Assembly: GCF_000195855.1 (NCBI RefSeq)
Contig: NC_002677.1
Span: 2,820,001-2,852,000, forward strand
DNA: 32,000 nucleotides
Direction: 5' to 3'
From: Mycobacterium leprae TN
GTDB taxonomy: Bacteria; Actinomycetota; Actinomycetes; Mycobacteriales; Mycobacteriaceae
Shown: in pieces, positions 1-11,874 of the stretch
How positions within the stretch are numbered: the first letter of the stretch is position 1
How the letters are laid out: the number at the start of each line of letters is the position of its first letter
Position numbers and translations under genes: made by a program
Notes under the pieces: generated by a model
Told to the model about the DNA's origin: nothing
The model's database searches: none
The model's input: only the letters and a program-made list of their open reading frames with translations

Positions 1-1709
1 CCGGGCCCCTCAACCCAATCGGCCAGCATCCCCGCCATCGCTGCCACCCGCGACGCCGTCTTACCCGTCACCACCAACGTCGACACCGCAGTGTTGGAAC
101 TGCATTCTGTGACCGGTGTCAGCTCAGGACCCTGCTCAATGACAACATGCGCGTTCGTCCCACCGAAGCCAAACGATGACACCGCCGCGCGCCGCAGATG
201 CCCTGTATCCGGCCATTCCATATGCTTATCAACAACTTTCATACGCAACTCAGCAAAAGGAATATGCAGGTTCGGGCTTTCAAAACGCTGATTCGGTGGA
301 ATCTGGCCACGCTGCACCGCCAACACTGTCTTGATGAAGCCGGCGATGCCCGCAGCAGCCTCCAAGTGACCCAGGTTAGTCTTAACAGCCCCGATCAGTA
401 GCGGAGAATCCTCGGCACGTCCCCGACCCAGCACCGCACCCAAAGCGCGCGCTTCTATCGGATCTCCCAACAGAGTCCCGGTCCCATGAGTTTCGACGTA
501 GTCAATGGCAGTCGGTGGCATTGCTGCGTTGGCATACGCGGTGCGCAGAACCGCTACTTGGGCCGCCGGGTTAGGAGCCATCAGCCCGTTGGAGCGGCCA
601 TCCTGATTGACAGCAGAACCGCGGATAATGGCAAGCACCCGATCACCGTCGCGCTGCGCATCGGTCAACCGTTTAAGCACCACTACGCCAGCACCTTCAC
701 CGCGCACAAACCCGTCCGCCGCAGCATCGAACGCGCGGCAACAACCGGTAGGCGACAACGCCCCGACCTGGTCGAAGCCACGAAATACGGCCGGAGACAA
801 TAGCAAATTCACGCCCGCCGCAATAGCCAGGTTGGCATCCGCGGTCCGCAGGCTTTGGCAGGCTAAGTGGATCGCTACCAACGACGACGAGCACGCCGTA
901 TCAACCGCCACCGATGGACCACGTAAGTCGAGGAAATACGAAAGGCGGTTCGCTATGATGCTCATCGCGCCACCCGTGTTGCTCCAGCCATCCACTTGGG
1001 AGAGATCGGTGGAAGCGATAGCACCATATTCGCTCAGGCACGATCCGGCGAATACTCCTGTTTGCGAACGACGCAGCGAGTTGGACGAAATTCCCGCGTG
1101 CTCCAACGCCTCCCAAGCCACTTCCAGCAGAAGGCGCTGCTGCGGATCCATCTTGTCAGCCTCGCTGGGTGAGATCTCGAAAAATTCCGAGTCAAAGGCG
1201 TCAATATCCTCCAAGAATGACCCCCACCGCGTAGTACGGGCGAGCAGTGCTTTTACTTCCGGCGAGCCGTCGTCGAAGAGCTCCCACCGTTCATTGGGAA
1301 CCTGTCCGATGGAGGAACGACGGTCACACAGAAACTGCCACAACGCTTCTGGACCAGATATCCCCCCTGGGAAACGACACCCCATCCCGATGACAGCGAT
1401 CGGCTCCTCGAGTGCACCCTGGACCGAGCGCCGTGGCGCCGATTCTGATTCGGGGTCAGGTGCGGGAGCAATGAGATAGGCGGCCAGCGCGTTGATCGTC
1501 GGATGCTCCCAGAAGTCAATCGGGGATACGGTCTTACCCAACAAATCGGTCAATTCCCCGGAGAGCACAACTGCATCACGGGAGCTCATACCCAAGTCGG
1601 TCAACGATAGATTAAGATCGACTTCATCCGGTGTGCAGCCGATATTAGTCACCAAGTAGTTGACTAGCCAGTGGCAAAGGTCAGCTTCGCTACCAATGCT
1701 CGCCGTCAT
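1..1709 (-). CDS. ppsA: Type-I polyketide synthase PpsA (phthiocerol/phenolphthiocerol synthesis), N-terminal ACP + ketosynthase part; continues beyond the window start
   Basis: Absent from the ORF track because it has no in-window stop. Reverse-strand translation from ATG (rc of 1707-1709) gives MTASIGSEADLCHWLVNYLV...LSLTDLGMSSRDAV (ACP phosphopantetheine site), EPIAVIGMGCRFPGG, VDTACSSSLVAIHLACQSL (KS active-site Cys), YVETHGTGT, KTNLGHLEAAAG, FGFGGTNAHVV. No stops or frameshifts seen. The ATG overlaps the fadD26 stop (ATGA, 1706-1709). The order tesA-fadD26-ppsA matches M. tuberculosis Rv2928/Rv2930/Rv2931. Confidence 0.92.
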   Translation of the reverse strand, partial: MTASIGSEADLCHWLVNYLVTNIGCTPDEVDLNLSLTDLGMSSRDAVVLSGELTDLLGKTVSPIDFWEHPTINALAAYLIAPAPDPESESAPRRSVQGALEEPIAVIGMGCRFPGGISGPEALWQFLCDRRSSIGQVPNERWELFDDGSPEVKALLARTTRWGSFLEDIDAFDSEFFEISPSEADKMDPQQRLLLEVAWEALEHAGISSNSLRRSQTGVFAGSCLSEYGAIASTDLSQVDGWSNTGGAMSIIANRLSYFLDLRGPSVAVDTACSSSLVAIHLACQSLRTADANLAIAAGVNLLLSPAVFRGFDQVGALSPTGCCRAFDAAADGFVRGEGAGVVVLKRLTDAQRDGDRVLAIIRGSAVNQDGRSNGLMAPNPAAQVAVLRTAYANAAMPPTAIDYVETHGTGTLLGDPIEARALGAVLGRGRAEDSPLLIGAVKTNLGHLEAAAGIAGFIKTVLAVQRGQIPPNQRFESPNLHIPFAELRMKVVDKHMEWPDTGHLRRAAVSSFGFGGTNAHVVIEQGPELTPVTECSSNTAVSTLVVTGKTASRVAAMAGMLADWVEGP

Positions 1710-3457
1710 ACCGTCACGTCCAGTCGTTTGAATCCGTCACTGCGATAACGTTCGACACAGGCCGAACGTCGGACCTTGCCGCTTGTGGTGATCGGGATTG
1801 AGCCCGGTGACACCAGAACGAGGTCGGCCACATGCAAACTATGTAACTTCGATATAGCGGATGTGACTTCACGCTTCACCGAATGGACTTTGTGCATGTG
1901 GTCTTCCGCGGACGCTCCATGTTCCTTGTATTCAATGATCGCCACCAACTGCTCGGTGAGGTCGTCCGGCACAGTGATCGCCGCGACCCGACCGCCGGTG
2001 ATCTCCTGGATTGTCGCTTCGATGTCGTCCGGGTAGTGGTTGCGACCATCGACAATGAGCAAGTCTTTGATGCGGCCCATGATGAACAGTTCGCCGTCTG
2101 ACATAACACCCAGATCTCCGGTCCGCAGCCACGGACCTTCCGAAGTGCCAGGCGCGGGGTTGACAATCTTTGCATTGAACGTACGTGCAGTCTGCTCGGG
2201 CTTCCGCCAATACCCCATGGCAACGTGGTCGCCCTGTACCCAGATCTCCCCAACCATTCCAGCAGGGTTCTCGATCATGGACTCCGGATCGACGATTCGC
2301 ACAGCCGATGCATCAGGGGAGCCATAACTAATTAGTTCGGTCGCGACACTCCCTTCGGCTCGGCGGGCCTTAGCCTTACTGGCCGTCAGGTATTCGTAGT
2401 CAAAACGAACCGCCTTAGGTGCGGTGCCAGGTTCCGGAGCCGCCACGTACACGGTCGCTTCCGCAAGCCCGTACGAGGGTCGTACCACCGAGGGGCTGAG
2501 ATTGAACCGAGCGAAGCGCTCGGTGAAACGTTTCACCGTTGCGATATGGACTCGTTCGCTGCCGCTGATGATTCCGGCCACATCCCCGAGGTCGAGTCCG
2601 TTCATGTCGTCGTCGGACGTTCTGCGTACGGCCAGCTCAAAGGCAAAATTCGGTGCCGCAGAAAAACACGCCTGGGTAGTGGCAAGAAGTTGCATCCAAC
2701 AGGCGGGGCGCCGCAAAAATGACATAGGGCTCAACAACACCGAGCTTCGCCCCGCGACCATTGGAGCACAGACCCCAAGAATCAAGCCCATGTCGTGAAA
2801 CAAGGGAAGCCATGACACCACGGTCGTGTTCAGAGTTTTTGCGGCATCGCCGAAATAGCCGTTCATGCTTTGCTGCACGTTAGCGATAACGTTCTTATGC
2901 GACACCATAACACCGGCTGGCGTACGTGTCGACCCGGATGTGTATTGGAGGTAAGCCGGGCTAGTAAAAGGCTGGGGGACTTTTGGAAGCGGGAGTGACG
3001 CGTTCAAGTCAAGCAGATCGATCTCAATGACAGACGGAGCGTTCCACCCATCTTGTTCACATGCGTATTTCGCCACGTCACTAACCACAAATGAAGTTGT
3101 AAGAATAGCGATCGGTTGAGAATCCCGTAACACCGCCGAAACGCGTTCGTCGTGAATCGCATACTGCGGTGGCGAAAGAGGTACCGCGATAAATCCGGCC
3201 TGAAGAGCCCCTAAGAACGCGATAATATATTCCAGTCCCTGTGGCGCCAAAATTGCAACTCGATCACCGGGCACACCACACAATTTGAGTTCGTCAGCAA
3301 GGACGCATGAACGCATATAAACTTGCGACCACGTCAAGCTCTCAACAAAACCCTTCGGGTCCGACCCGTAGTCGATGTATGTGTAGGCGGTAGTGTCAGC
3401 CTGCTGATCCGCCCGTTCTTTCAGCAAAGCGGGGACGGAAAAGTTGGTTACGACCAT
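1706..3457 (-). CDS. fadD26: Fatty-acyl-AMP ligase FadD26 (PDIM/PGL biosynthesis), 583 aa
   Basis: ORF 1706..3586, trimmed to ATG at 3457 (MVVTNFSVPALLKERADQQADTTAYTYIDYGSDPKGF...). This start has a GGAAGG Shine-Dalgarno (rc of 3464-3469) 6 nt upstream, and it gives the N-terminus and length I recall for M. tuberculosis FadD26. Contains FAAL/adenylation motifs YLQYTSGSTRTPAGV, TGDLG, GRIKDLLIVDGRNHYPDDIE. Positioned between tesA and ppsA. Confidence 0.93.
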   Translation of the reverse strand: MVVTNFSVPALLKERADQQADTTAYTYIDYGSDPKGFVESLTWSQVYMRSCVLADELKLCGVPGDRVAILAPQGLEYIIAFLGALQAGFIAVPLSPPQYAIHDERVSAVLRDSQPIAILTTSFVVSDVAKYACEQDGWNAPSVIEIDLLDLNASLPLPKVPQPFTSPAYLQYTSGSTRTPAGVMVSHKNVIANVQQSMNGYFGDAAKTLNTTVVSWLPLFHDMGLILGVCAPMVAGRSSVLLSPMSFLRRPACWMQLLATTQACFSAAPNFAFELAVRRTSDDDMNGLDLGDVAGIISGSERVHIATVKRFTERFARFNLSPSVVRPSYGLAEATVYVAAPEPGTAPKAVRFDYEYLTASKAKARRAEGSVATELISYGSPDASAVRIVDPESMIENPAGMVGEIWVQGDHVAMGYWRKPEQTARTFNAKIVNPAPGTSEGPWLRTGDLGVMSDGELFIMGRIKDLLIVDGRNHYPDDIEATIQEITGGRVAAITVPDDLTEQLVAIIEYKEHGASAEDHMHKVHSVKREVTSAISKLHSLHVADLVLVSPGSIPITTSGKVRRSACVERYRSDGFKRLDVTV

Positions 3458-4102
3458 ACCACACCTTCCACCTTCCGTTCGGTTTGACAGCTCATTGGCC
3501 TGACCGCGTTCATGATGTACCCGAACTGTGCTACCCCCCCGATGGATCGCACAGCTCGACTTCCCGACGCTGGGAAACCTCAGCAAGCTGAGCTGACCAG
3601 GCTGCTGTGACGATTACGCAGCTCTAGCTATCGAGGCACGTCTGCGTGCCTACCGAAGCCCATCTGCATGGTGTCAAACCTACTGTCCCTTGACTAAACC
3701 TGCTCCCCATACAATTCCCCCCATACAATCTTCCTGACATGTTAGGGTAATCTCTTCCAGAGACAGCTGGGTGCATTGGTTGAAAAATCCATATGCTTCC
3801 CAGCGATCGTCCACATCATCGACAGGTGCTTCTACTCTATTACTCTATCAGCTAGACCTTGACTGGTCCCTACCCGCGATTTCTACGGCCGTTGGTATGA
3901 CCTGTGGTAAATCGGCGGACGATGGTCGGCCAAGTGCGATTCGTGTTACACAGGGAGCCTGCGGCCAACTTTGGGACTGATGTCCCAATTTGTAACGAGA
4001 TTCACACCTAACTCCAACTGCACCGGTCATGGGTCATGGTGCGTGACAGGGTGGACAACAGTTAGCGTCGAACGCCGACCGATCCGCGACCGATAGACCC
4101 AG

Positions 4103-4933
<831 letters not shown>

Positions 4934-6430
4934 TTACTGAATACTTTGCCTTCGACAGCAACCGATTTGGGCGACATCAGCACGGCACTCAGCGCAGCGA
5001 CGGTCTGCACCCGGTAGACATGCGGAGAACGCTGGAGCGCACGAGCACACTGGCCGCACCGGTACCGTCGGACGACTATCCGGCGAGCAGAGCATGCTGG
5101 GATGGCTAACCTGCTCGAGGTCCGACGCACTCTCGTCAAGGAAGCACCCGCGATGGCAACGAAGAGATGGCCGACAAACGGTTTGGTTTGTGGCCAAGCT
5201 ACCTTGGTGGTGTCCACTCAGTGTTGGGCATTGATCCCGGCGGCAGCACCACAAAATCGAGAACCCAATCCCACGAACAATTTTAATCTCGGTGCAGCAT
5301 GATAGATTGACGCCAACAACGAGAGCAACAAGTTTTCCACATCTTGATTGATCGCTGCTACTGCTTCAACCGGCGTGGAGATCCTTGCCTTGGCTGTTCT
5401 GGCAAAGTTGCGGTCAGCCGGCGCCACTGGGTCCGCATAATCTAGTCCCATATACAGCGGACTTAGCTAGCAGTTCGACTTGTTCGTCGTCAGTGAGCGC
5501 CATTTGCCTATCGTTGTTATACCTAAAAACTATGGCTAACCACGCTGTCAGCCCAGCGGCAGAGTAGGATTACAATCTGTATCTTCAGTGTACTGATGCG
5601 CCACTTGTCCAGGCAAGTTCAGATTGAACCTGTACCCCACTACTATGACACGCGGGCTAGATAGACGCATCTGCCAACATGTTGGCAGATGCGTAAGTGT
5701 TGGCATAACCAATGATCGCATGGCATTGACCGCGTACTCGACAAGATTCCAGTATAATTTGGTTGATCTAGCGCGACGCATCGCCGGGTTGAGTTTTCGC
5801 TCGATTCGACATCGAGCATTAGTACAGCCTGGGGTACAATTCACCTCTAGCACTGAGCATAGAACGCACCGTACCGGCGTTGGCCGACCAATTCGGGCGT
5901 ACGTGAGTGTAAACGATCCCAAAGATCATTCACCCACTGTCCAGTGCGGCAAACACCCAACCATAATCTGGTAGCAAAGTTATGATTATGAGATTATGAT
6001 AGGTGCCGTCGCAAACTCGACTCGAAAGAACCTGATACTGATATGGGCCATTCCACGGGTACTTGATATTCGGCTATGTCAACGAACAAGGTGTCGGTCA
6101 AGTTAGCTCTTTCTCGGCGAACATTTATCTGCCTATTATCGACAATGGCTATCGACTTACGACTGAACAGCAGGATTTTCCTCAAGGTCGAAGCGGGAAA
6201 CCCTTTACGGCGGGACTCGCTAGCATCATTGCTAGGCTAGCGCCGGCGCTCCGCCAGGCAACGTGCTCTTTGGGACGTCCCGTCACGAGCAAGAGCTACC
6301 GATATTGAGCCCCCATCGGGCGGCGACGATTCCATCGTGCACATCAAGGAACGCCATAGCGTCGACTCGGTCGCACGCAGAGACCGGAGCCTGTGCGCGC
6401 CATTCCAGAACCGGGGCTGATCGTGTTGTC

Positions 6431-7100
6431 ATGTGCCGTACTCATGGCAACCCAATCACCGTGCTGGTTATTAACGATGCAGCTGTCCTCGCCGAGTTAA
6501 TGTCGATGACGTTACGCTACGAGAACTGGAACATAGTCGCCGCCCGATAGATCACGGGCGGTCGTGGCAGCTCCGCACGCAGCGACCAGATGTGGCTGTT
6601 CTAGAGGTGATGATACCCGACATGAGCCAGCTCGACGTGCTGCACAAGTTACACGAAGACCACCCCCACTATCGCACGCGGTTAAAGACCGCATCGCTGG
6701 GCTAACTGCAGGCGGCGATGATGTCACTAAACGTTCAGCATCGAGGAGGTTAATGTTGCGGTTACGCGCGGTGCTGCGGTGCATCGGGGTTAAGACGGTA
6801 AACAGCGATGGCGAGGTTGGTGGCCGACAACTTAGTGTTGAACGCGGACAGTCACGCAGTAATGCACGCTGGTCACAAATCTCGTTGACCTCCACCGAGT
6901 TCGAGCTGCTACGATTTACGATGCACACCGCTGAGCGAATATTTGAGCAAGGCTCAGATCCTGGACCGGGTGCGGAGCTACGATTTCGGCGGCCACTCCA
7001 ACATCGTCTAGCTGTACATCTCCTACCTATGGCAAGAAGATAGACAGCAGTCTTAAGCCGATGATCCGCACGCTACGCGGGTTATCCAGCCCGCTAGCGT
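6431..7100 (+). pseudogene. tcrX: OmpR-family two-component response regulator pseudogene (tcrX-like, Rv3765c orthologue by synteny)
   Basis: Receiver-domain start ITVLVINDAAVLAELMSMTLRYENWNIVAAR runs into a stop at 6548-6550. It continues in other frames: DRIAGLTAGGDDVTK, LRLRAVLR, LTSTEFELLRF, ILDRVRSYDFGGHSNIV*LYISYL, IRTLRG. There are at least 2 frameshifts plus an in-frame stop. It is followed by a sensor-kinase remnant and a convergent lpqH remnant, as in M. tuberculosis Rv3765c-Rv3764c-Rv3763. Confidence 0.75.
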
Positions 7101-8470
7101 TTGCCGAGCTTGGTTGCTTCGGCTGGGCGGATACTAGTCGGGCAAGTCGTGGTGCTCACTCTGGTGTGCGTGGGAATTATCGCCACCACCGAATTAGCCT
7201 TGAACCACCATCTGATGGCGTAGCTCGGCGAAACCTCTTATTTATCGCTCCGCGTTTACGTACCTTGAACCCCAGCATCGGGGGTGAAGACGCGAGGAAT
7301 CCATACTAGCTATCCGAGGCCGGGAAGGTCCGAGGTTCCTTAATGCCCCGGTCCAGCCGGCCGACATGGTGGCCGCAGTAGTCAACAACGGCAAGGCAGT
7401 CGATGACGGCCATCTGACCAACAGCGATTTCCATGCCGCATTGACCCCCAGCCGCCCAGGCCCAGCTGAAACTAACCGCCGGCAGGCGTTGACTCCGCCA
7501 TGCTCCGGATGTGGATCGTCTTTGCAATAGTCACCGTGATCGCGCTGAACGCCTAGATAACCGCCGGCATGCTCATAATCAAACGGGCGCTGGCGCCGCT
7601 GAGACGCGTCGTCCAAACCGCGAGCCATGTGGCTGTTCTGCCGCTGGACCGCGGTGATGTTGTATTGCCGGTGGGCAGGTTCCCGAACCCGATGCAAACC
7701 CGCCATAAAGAGGTGGGTCGACTCGGATCGACCCTCAACCAGATGCTCGATCACATCACGGCCGCACCGGGGCACGGCAAGCGAACAAAACCAGTTGCAC
7801 CAGTTCGTCGCCAACGCCAGTCACGAATTGGACACACCGCTGAGCGCCACTATAACCTGATTAGCACAACGGATGGGCCGGATGGTCGAGGCCAGGAGGG
7901 GGTGCACACACGATGAGCTGGGTGTTACCCGAGACCAAGCAGACAACGCACCTCGTCGAGGACCTACTGCTCCTGGCCCGGCTGGACTCCGGTCACCCGT
8001 TAGAGCGCGAACAGGTGGACCCCTGTCTCGACTGGCCGTTGACGCAGTCAGCGAAGCACACGTAACAAGGACCGGGCCACCAGTGGGAGCTTTACCCACC
8101 TGAAGAGCCAGTGATTGTTCCCGGTGATGAGGCGCGGTTTCACCAAGTGATGACTGACCTGCTTGCCAACGTCCGCATCCATCCCGGCGCCAGCACCGTC
8201 GCGGTTGACCACCGACCCCAGCCATAGCATGCTGCAGGTGATAGCCAACGGCCCTGGCATTCCTTTATCACCTAAGTCGGAGGTGTTCGAGCGGTTCGCC
8301 CGCGGGGGAACCGCTCGAACACAAACGGGCAGTATCAAGCTGGGTTAGGCTACCGTATTCTCGGTAGTTAAGGCACACAACGGAAAGATCACGGTGAACA
8401 ATTCACCCGGTCACACCGAGTTCACGGTGCGGTTGCCACTCAACGGGTGGCAACCGCACCGTGAGCTAGT
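7101..8470 (+). pseudogene. tcrY: Sensor histidine kinase pseudogene (tcrY-like, Rv3764c orthologue by synteny)
   Basis: HAMP-like segment LIIKRALAPLRRVVQTA. H-box FVANASHELDTPLSAT is followed directly by a stop (about 7858). ATPase G-boxes VIANGPGIPLSPKSEVFERFARG...KAHNGKITVNNSPGHTEFTVRLPL are spread over several frames with stops. Confidence 0.75.
8427..8459 (+). terminator. Perfect 13-bp stem / 7-nt loop hairpin at the 3' end of the kinase pseudogene (possible intrinsic terminator, no U-tract)
   Basis: GTGCGGTTGCCAC (8427-8439), tcaacgg, GTGGCAACCGCAC (8447-8459); the arms are exact reverse complements. It lies between the convergent tcrY and lpqH remnants. Confidence 0.3.
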
Positions 8471-8719
8471 TCCAGATCACCACATAGCTAGTAGCAGATC
8501 ACGTCGATTTCCAATGGCCTGCTCAACGGCCACAGGGTTGACCAGAGGCACTGGCAACTGTCATTCTAGATAGAGATTGACGCGATTTCGGTTCAACAGG
8601 CGGCCGTGCAGGTTGCCGTACTTGTCCGAGTGGTCGCATTTTTAGGCCCGCTGCTGATGCTGGCCAAACTGTGCGACGACGAAGGCTCGTGCGAGACCGC
8701 AGGCACGGTAATGGCACCC

Positions 8720-9270
8720 GTTCGCATCGGGTCACACGGGCCCTGCAGCACGTGTTCGTCATCACCGCCACCGACCCTACTGCCGCGCCCAGCCTGGACA
8801 CCACGGTAATCTTGCAGCTATTGCCATTCTTGCTGGCCTCTGCCGCATCGATCATTTTAACCGCGATCCGACTTGTATCCCAGCGTCACACCGTTAACCT
8901 TGCCAAGCACAACGGACTTCACCTCGGTAGGATTACAATTTGGTGAGCACGGCGGCGATGCCTGTCGCGGCCCCACCGATCGTGATGTTGACGGTGCCAC
9001 CCGCAGTTATGCATACGACCGCGCCAGTGATGTCTTGGTTCTTCCCGTCTTATGATGCGTCGACCCGTCGGTAACAGCCGATGTAGCGCCTACACTCGAG
9101 GTCCCGCTGCTGTTAGTTGACTTGTTGCTCGAAAAGCCAAAAACACCAGCAACCAAAATTGCCGCCCCGGCTATCGCGACTGTCAGGCCACGCTCCACCT
9201 GTTCTCCTTTGCTCGATCTTTGCGGTTCATCGACGTTGAGTACCGTCTCAGCAATATGCTGAGTTAACAC
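8720..9270 (-). pseudogene. lpqH: 19-kDa lipoprotein antigen LpqH pseudogene
   Basis: Reverse-strand translation gives ERGLTVAIAGAAILVAGVFGFSSNKSTNSSG (signal peptide plus a degenerate lipobox). After a frameshift near 9055 it reads [36 protein letters not shown], then in other frames NPTEVKSVVLGKVNGVTLGYKS and EASKNGNSCKITVVS. This closely parallels my recollection of M. tuberculosis LpqH (CSSNKST...[43 protein letters not shown]...HYKITG). Several frameshifts and stops. Confidence 0.8.
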
Positions 9271-9329
9271 GACTGAACAAAAAATTCGGCGAAAAATTCT
9301 TCTGATAGCCCTCAGTCCTTCGCATGGTT

Positions 9330-11193
9330 ATTACACGGATAGGAAGTGTATACATAACTTTTCTTTCTCCGGAAACCGGATCGATAGCGAGGTATTGCCT
9401 GTGGACCACAAACCCCTACCGCAGTCATCGAATCGTCCCACAGCTAACACACTTTGCCGTTCCACGACACCACGGATTTAGACAACGCTGATCATGGATT
9501 CATTGTTGCCCTATACCCATGCGCGATCAAAAGGACCGACAACAGCATGGGTGGAACAACGACGTGTACTCGTTCCTCGGCGCCTTCGCACCGACTTCGG
9601 TGCATCCCAACCTCTGGCGGCAATAGACCCTAACCACCAAACAAGAAATGTTCGAAGTAGTTCGCGGTATCTATATCTATCCGATCCGCAGCTTCGATAT
9701 ATCGAATATCACCTTCGTTGAAGGCGACACGGGGATTATCGTAATATATTCGTAATTGATCCTCTGGTATCCACCGAAATGACCGCTGCGGCACTGGACT
9801 GGTACGGCAAGCCATCAGGATGGTGACCGTCCCGTCGTCGCGGTTGTCTATACCTATAACCACGTCTAGCTTCGTCGATCATTTCAACAGCGTTCTGGGC
9901 CTGGGCATCACCACACAAACGGACGCGTATCCGGCGATGGCACGGCCTGCAAAACTGCCAGGTGGGCTGCAGGCTCGACCAGGCCTCGTCCACCAGCTAG
10001 ATCACCGTCATCGTCTCGGCCAATCGACATCTGGACGACCGATGAGGCAACACCATCGACAGTGTGGCGGTCCATCAGCAGGACGTGTCGGACACCGAGG
10101 TCCCCACCGAGATGCATTTTCTATTCCCCACGATTTCGCACCCTGTTCATGACCAGGAATGACACCCACAACCACAGCCTGCTGGCTCTGCGGGGCACAT
10201 TGGTGCGAGATCCGCACACCTGGGCGTGCTATCCCTAACCGAAGCGATTGACACCTTCGCCGATCGAACCGATGCAGTGTTCTCCTCGCACCATTGACCA
10301 ACCTGGGGACGAAAGAACATCGTCAAATTCATGTCACTGCAACGCGACATGTATGCATATCTGCACAACCAGACACTGCAACTACTTAACCAGAGGTGCA
10401 CAGGCGTTAACATCGCGAAATTGTTCCAAATGCCACTCGTACTAGAACAGTACCGGGTAACCCCAGCTACTACGGGTTAATCAGCCACAACATGAAGGCG
10501 GCCTACGAGTGCTGCATGGGTTGGTTCGATGGCAATTCAGCACGGCTATAGCCGCACCCCCATAAGCAATCGGGCCCCGTTACGTCGACGCGATGGTCGG
10601 AATCGACCGGATAGTCGAACTTGCCCAAACAGCATTGCAATCCAGCAACTTCCTTTGGGCAGCAAAGCCACTCGATTATGCAATGTTCACCGACAGCTAG
10701 TATGCCACACCCTGGGCAGTGCGCTCCGACACGTTGGAGAAGTTGGCCTACGGTTAAGGAAATACTACATGGAGCAACTGTTGAATAAGGGGGTAAAAGA
10801 ATTAAGCTACAGCAATTTCGACACCGCTAGCACAATCAGCTCCGTATCAATGCTTAATCAGCCAACTCCTGAGCAAATCTTCGACCGGATCGCCATCCGT
10901 GTCAACTGACCGTATTAGCATCTCGATATCGTCATTGACATCACTTTCGCAAACCTTCGCACAAACTACCAACTTCCTTACGTAACGGGGTCATAATTTA
11001 CCGTCATCTCGCAGTTGTATACGCAACAGCAAAAGTTATAATGAAATTGTACAATAAGTTTCGACTACTTGAGTGTGGCGATGAACGATTTCAGTTCACC
11101 TGAACTGGAAGTTTCCAGCGACCGGGCCGGACTGCAGGCATTACTAAATGTGCTTGACGAGCCAGACCCAACTTCAACATCGTCACGCTGTAG
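9330..11193 (+). pseudogene. Metallo-beta-lactamase-fold alkyl/aryl-sulfatase-like hydrolase pseudogene (Rv3762c-like)
   Basis: Family-typical strings are scattered over three frames with many stops: LPFHDTTDLDNADHGFIVAL, APTSVHPNLWRQ*, EMFEVVRGIYIYPIRSFDISNITFVEGDTGIIVI, PVVAVVYTYNHV, THNHSLLALRGTLVRDPHTWA, and the C-terminal SCP2-like end PNFNIVTL followed by TAG at 11191-11193. It is divergent from lpqH, as Rv3762c/Rv3763 are in M. tuberculosis. Confidence 0.7.
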
Positions 11194-11199
11194 CACTCC

Positions 11200-11874
11200 G
11201 GCTGAGAACCTCAAGTGACGTGGATAGCCACCTTGCACTCGGCAACAAATCGGAATACCGACGGTCGATGACCACTCAAGCGGCATAGTCAGTTAATTCC
11301 AGGATTCGAGCCTTCAGGGCCATCCAGATCGTAGTCGACGGTAGCCGCCGCGCTACCGGTATAGCTCAAACTTCTCTGACCTAGACACTGCCGCACAAAC
11401 CCCCACCTTCATGGCCACAGTCAGATCGACAGAAGCTAATTGTAGCCCACCGACAGCACCCAAAACAACAACCGATTCTCCTTGCACGACATGGATAATA
11501 GTCTAAAGGGGACCTCGAAGTTGAGAGCGACCACCGCGGCGAACAAATCCTTGGTGAAGTCGATCAGATTGTCGTAAAGCGGCGACATATCCACGTTGTA
11601 ATCAAGGTATCCACCCTGCCGAAGCACTCGCAAGCTATTTCAACCAAAATCCGTCGATCTGGTCCCAGTGTCCTACTTGCACTTTATAAGCCGCAGCAGC
11701 GCTACCGATTTCGGCCCCAATCTCCTCGGCGGTGGCAATGCATTTATCCATCTTGCGGCTAGCGATAACCCCGCCAGCTCCGCAACGTGCAGCGACAAAA
11801 CCGATTTCGCGTCCCCGTCCGCAGCTGCCACCAGTGATCAATACTACCCGGTAGATGGTACCGAAAGCTGACAT
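11200..11874 (-). pseudogene. Short-chain dehydrogenase/reductase (SDR) pseudogene
   Basis: N-terminus MSAFGTIYRVVLITGGSCGRGREIGFVAARCGAGGVIASRKMDKCIATAEEIGAEIG (Rossmann TGGxxGxG). Stop at 11635, then a frame change into ...YLDYNVDMSPLYDNLIDFTKDLFAAVVALNFEVPFRL. The distal part is not recognisable. Confidence 0.6.

Noticed and set aside
607-1479. A 290-aa plus-strand ORF, with neighbouring ORFs 486..803, 91..291 and 198..401
   Set aside because: It lies antisense to the ppsA ketosynthase domain, whose minus-strand translation contains all the KS catalytic motifs. The composition (Ser/Arg/Pro/Ala-rich, no motifs) is typical of shadow ORFs in GC-rich coding DNA.
3458-3586. A 43-codon in-frame 5' extension of the fadD26 ORF (MLRFPSVGKSS...)
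   Set aside because: The internal ATG at 3457 has a strong GGAAGG ribosome-binding site and yields the conserved FadD26 N-terminus. The extension has no similarity to FAAL proteins.
5980-6000. A TTATGA-type short tandem repeat (ttatgattatgagattatgat)
   Set aside because: There are only 2-3 imperfect units. This is too short to interpret.
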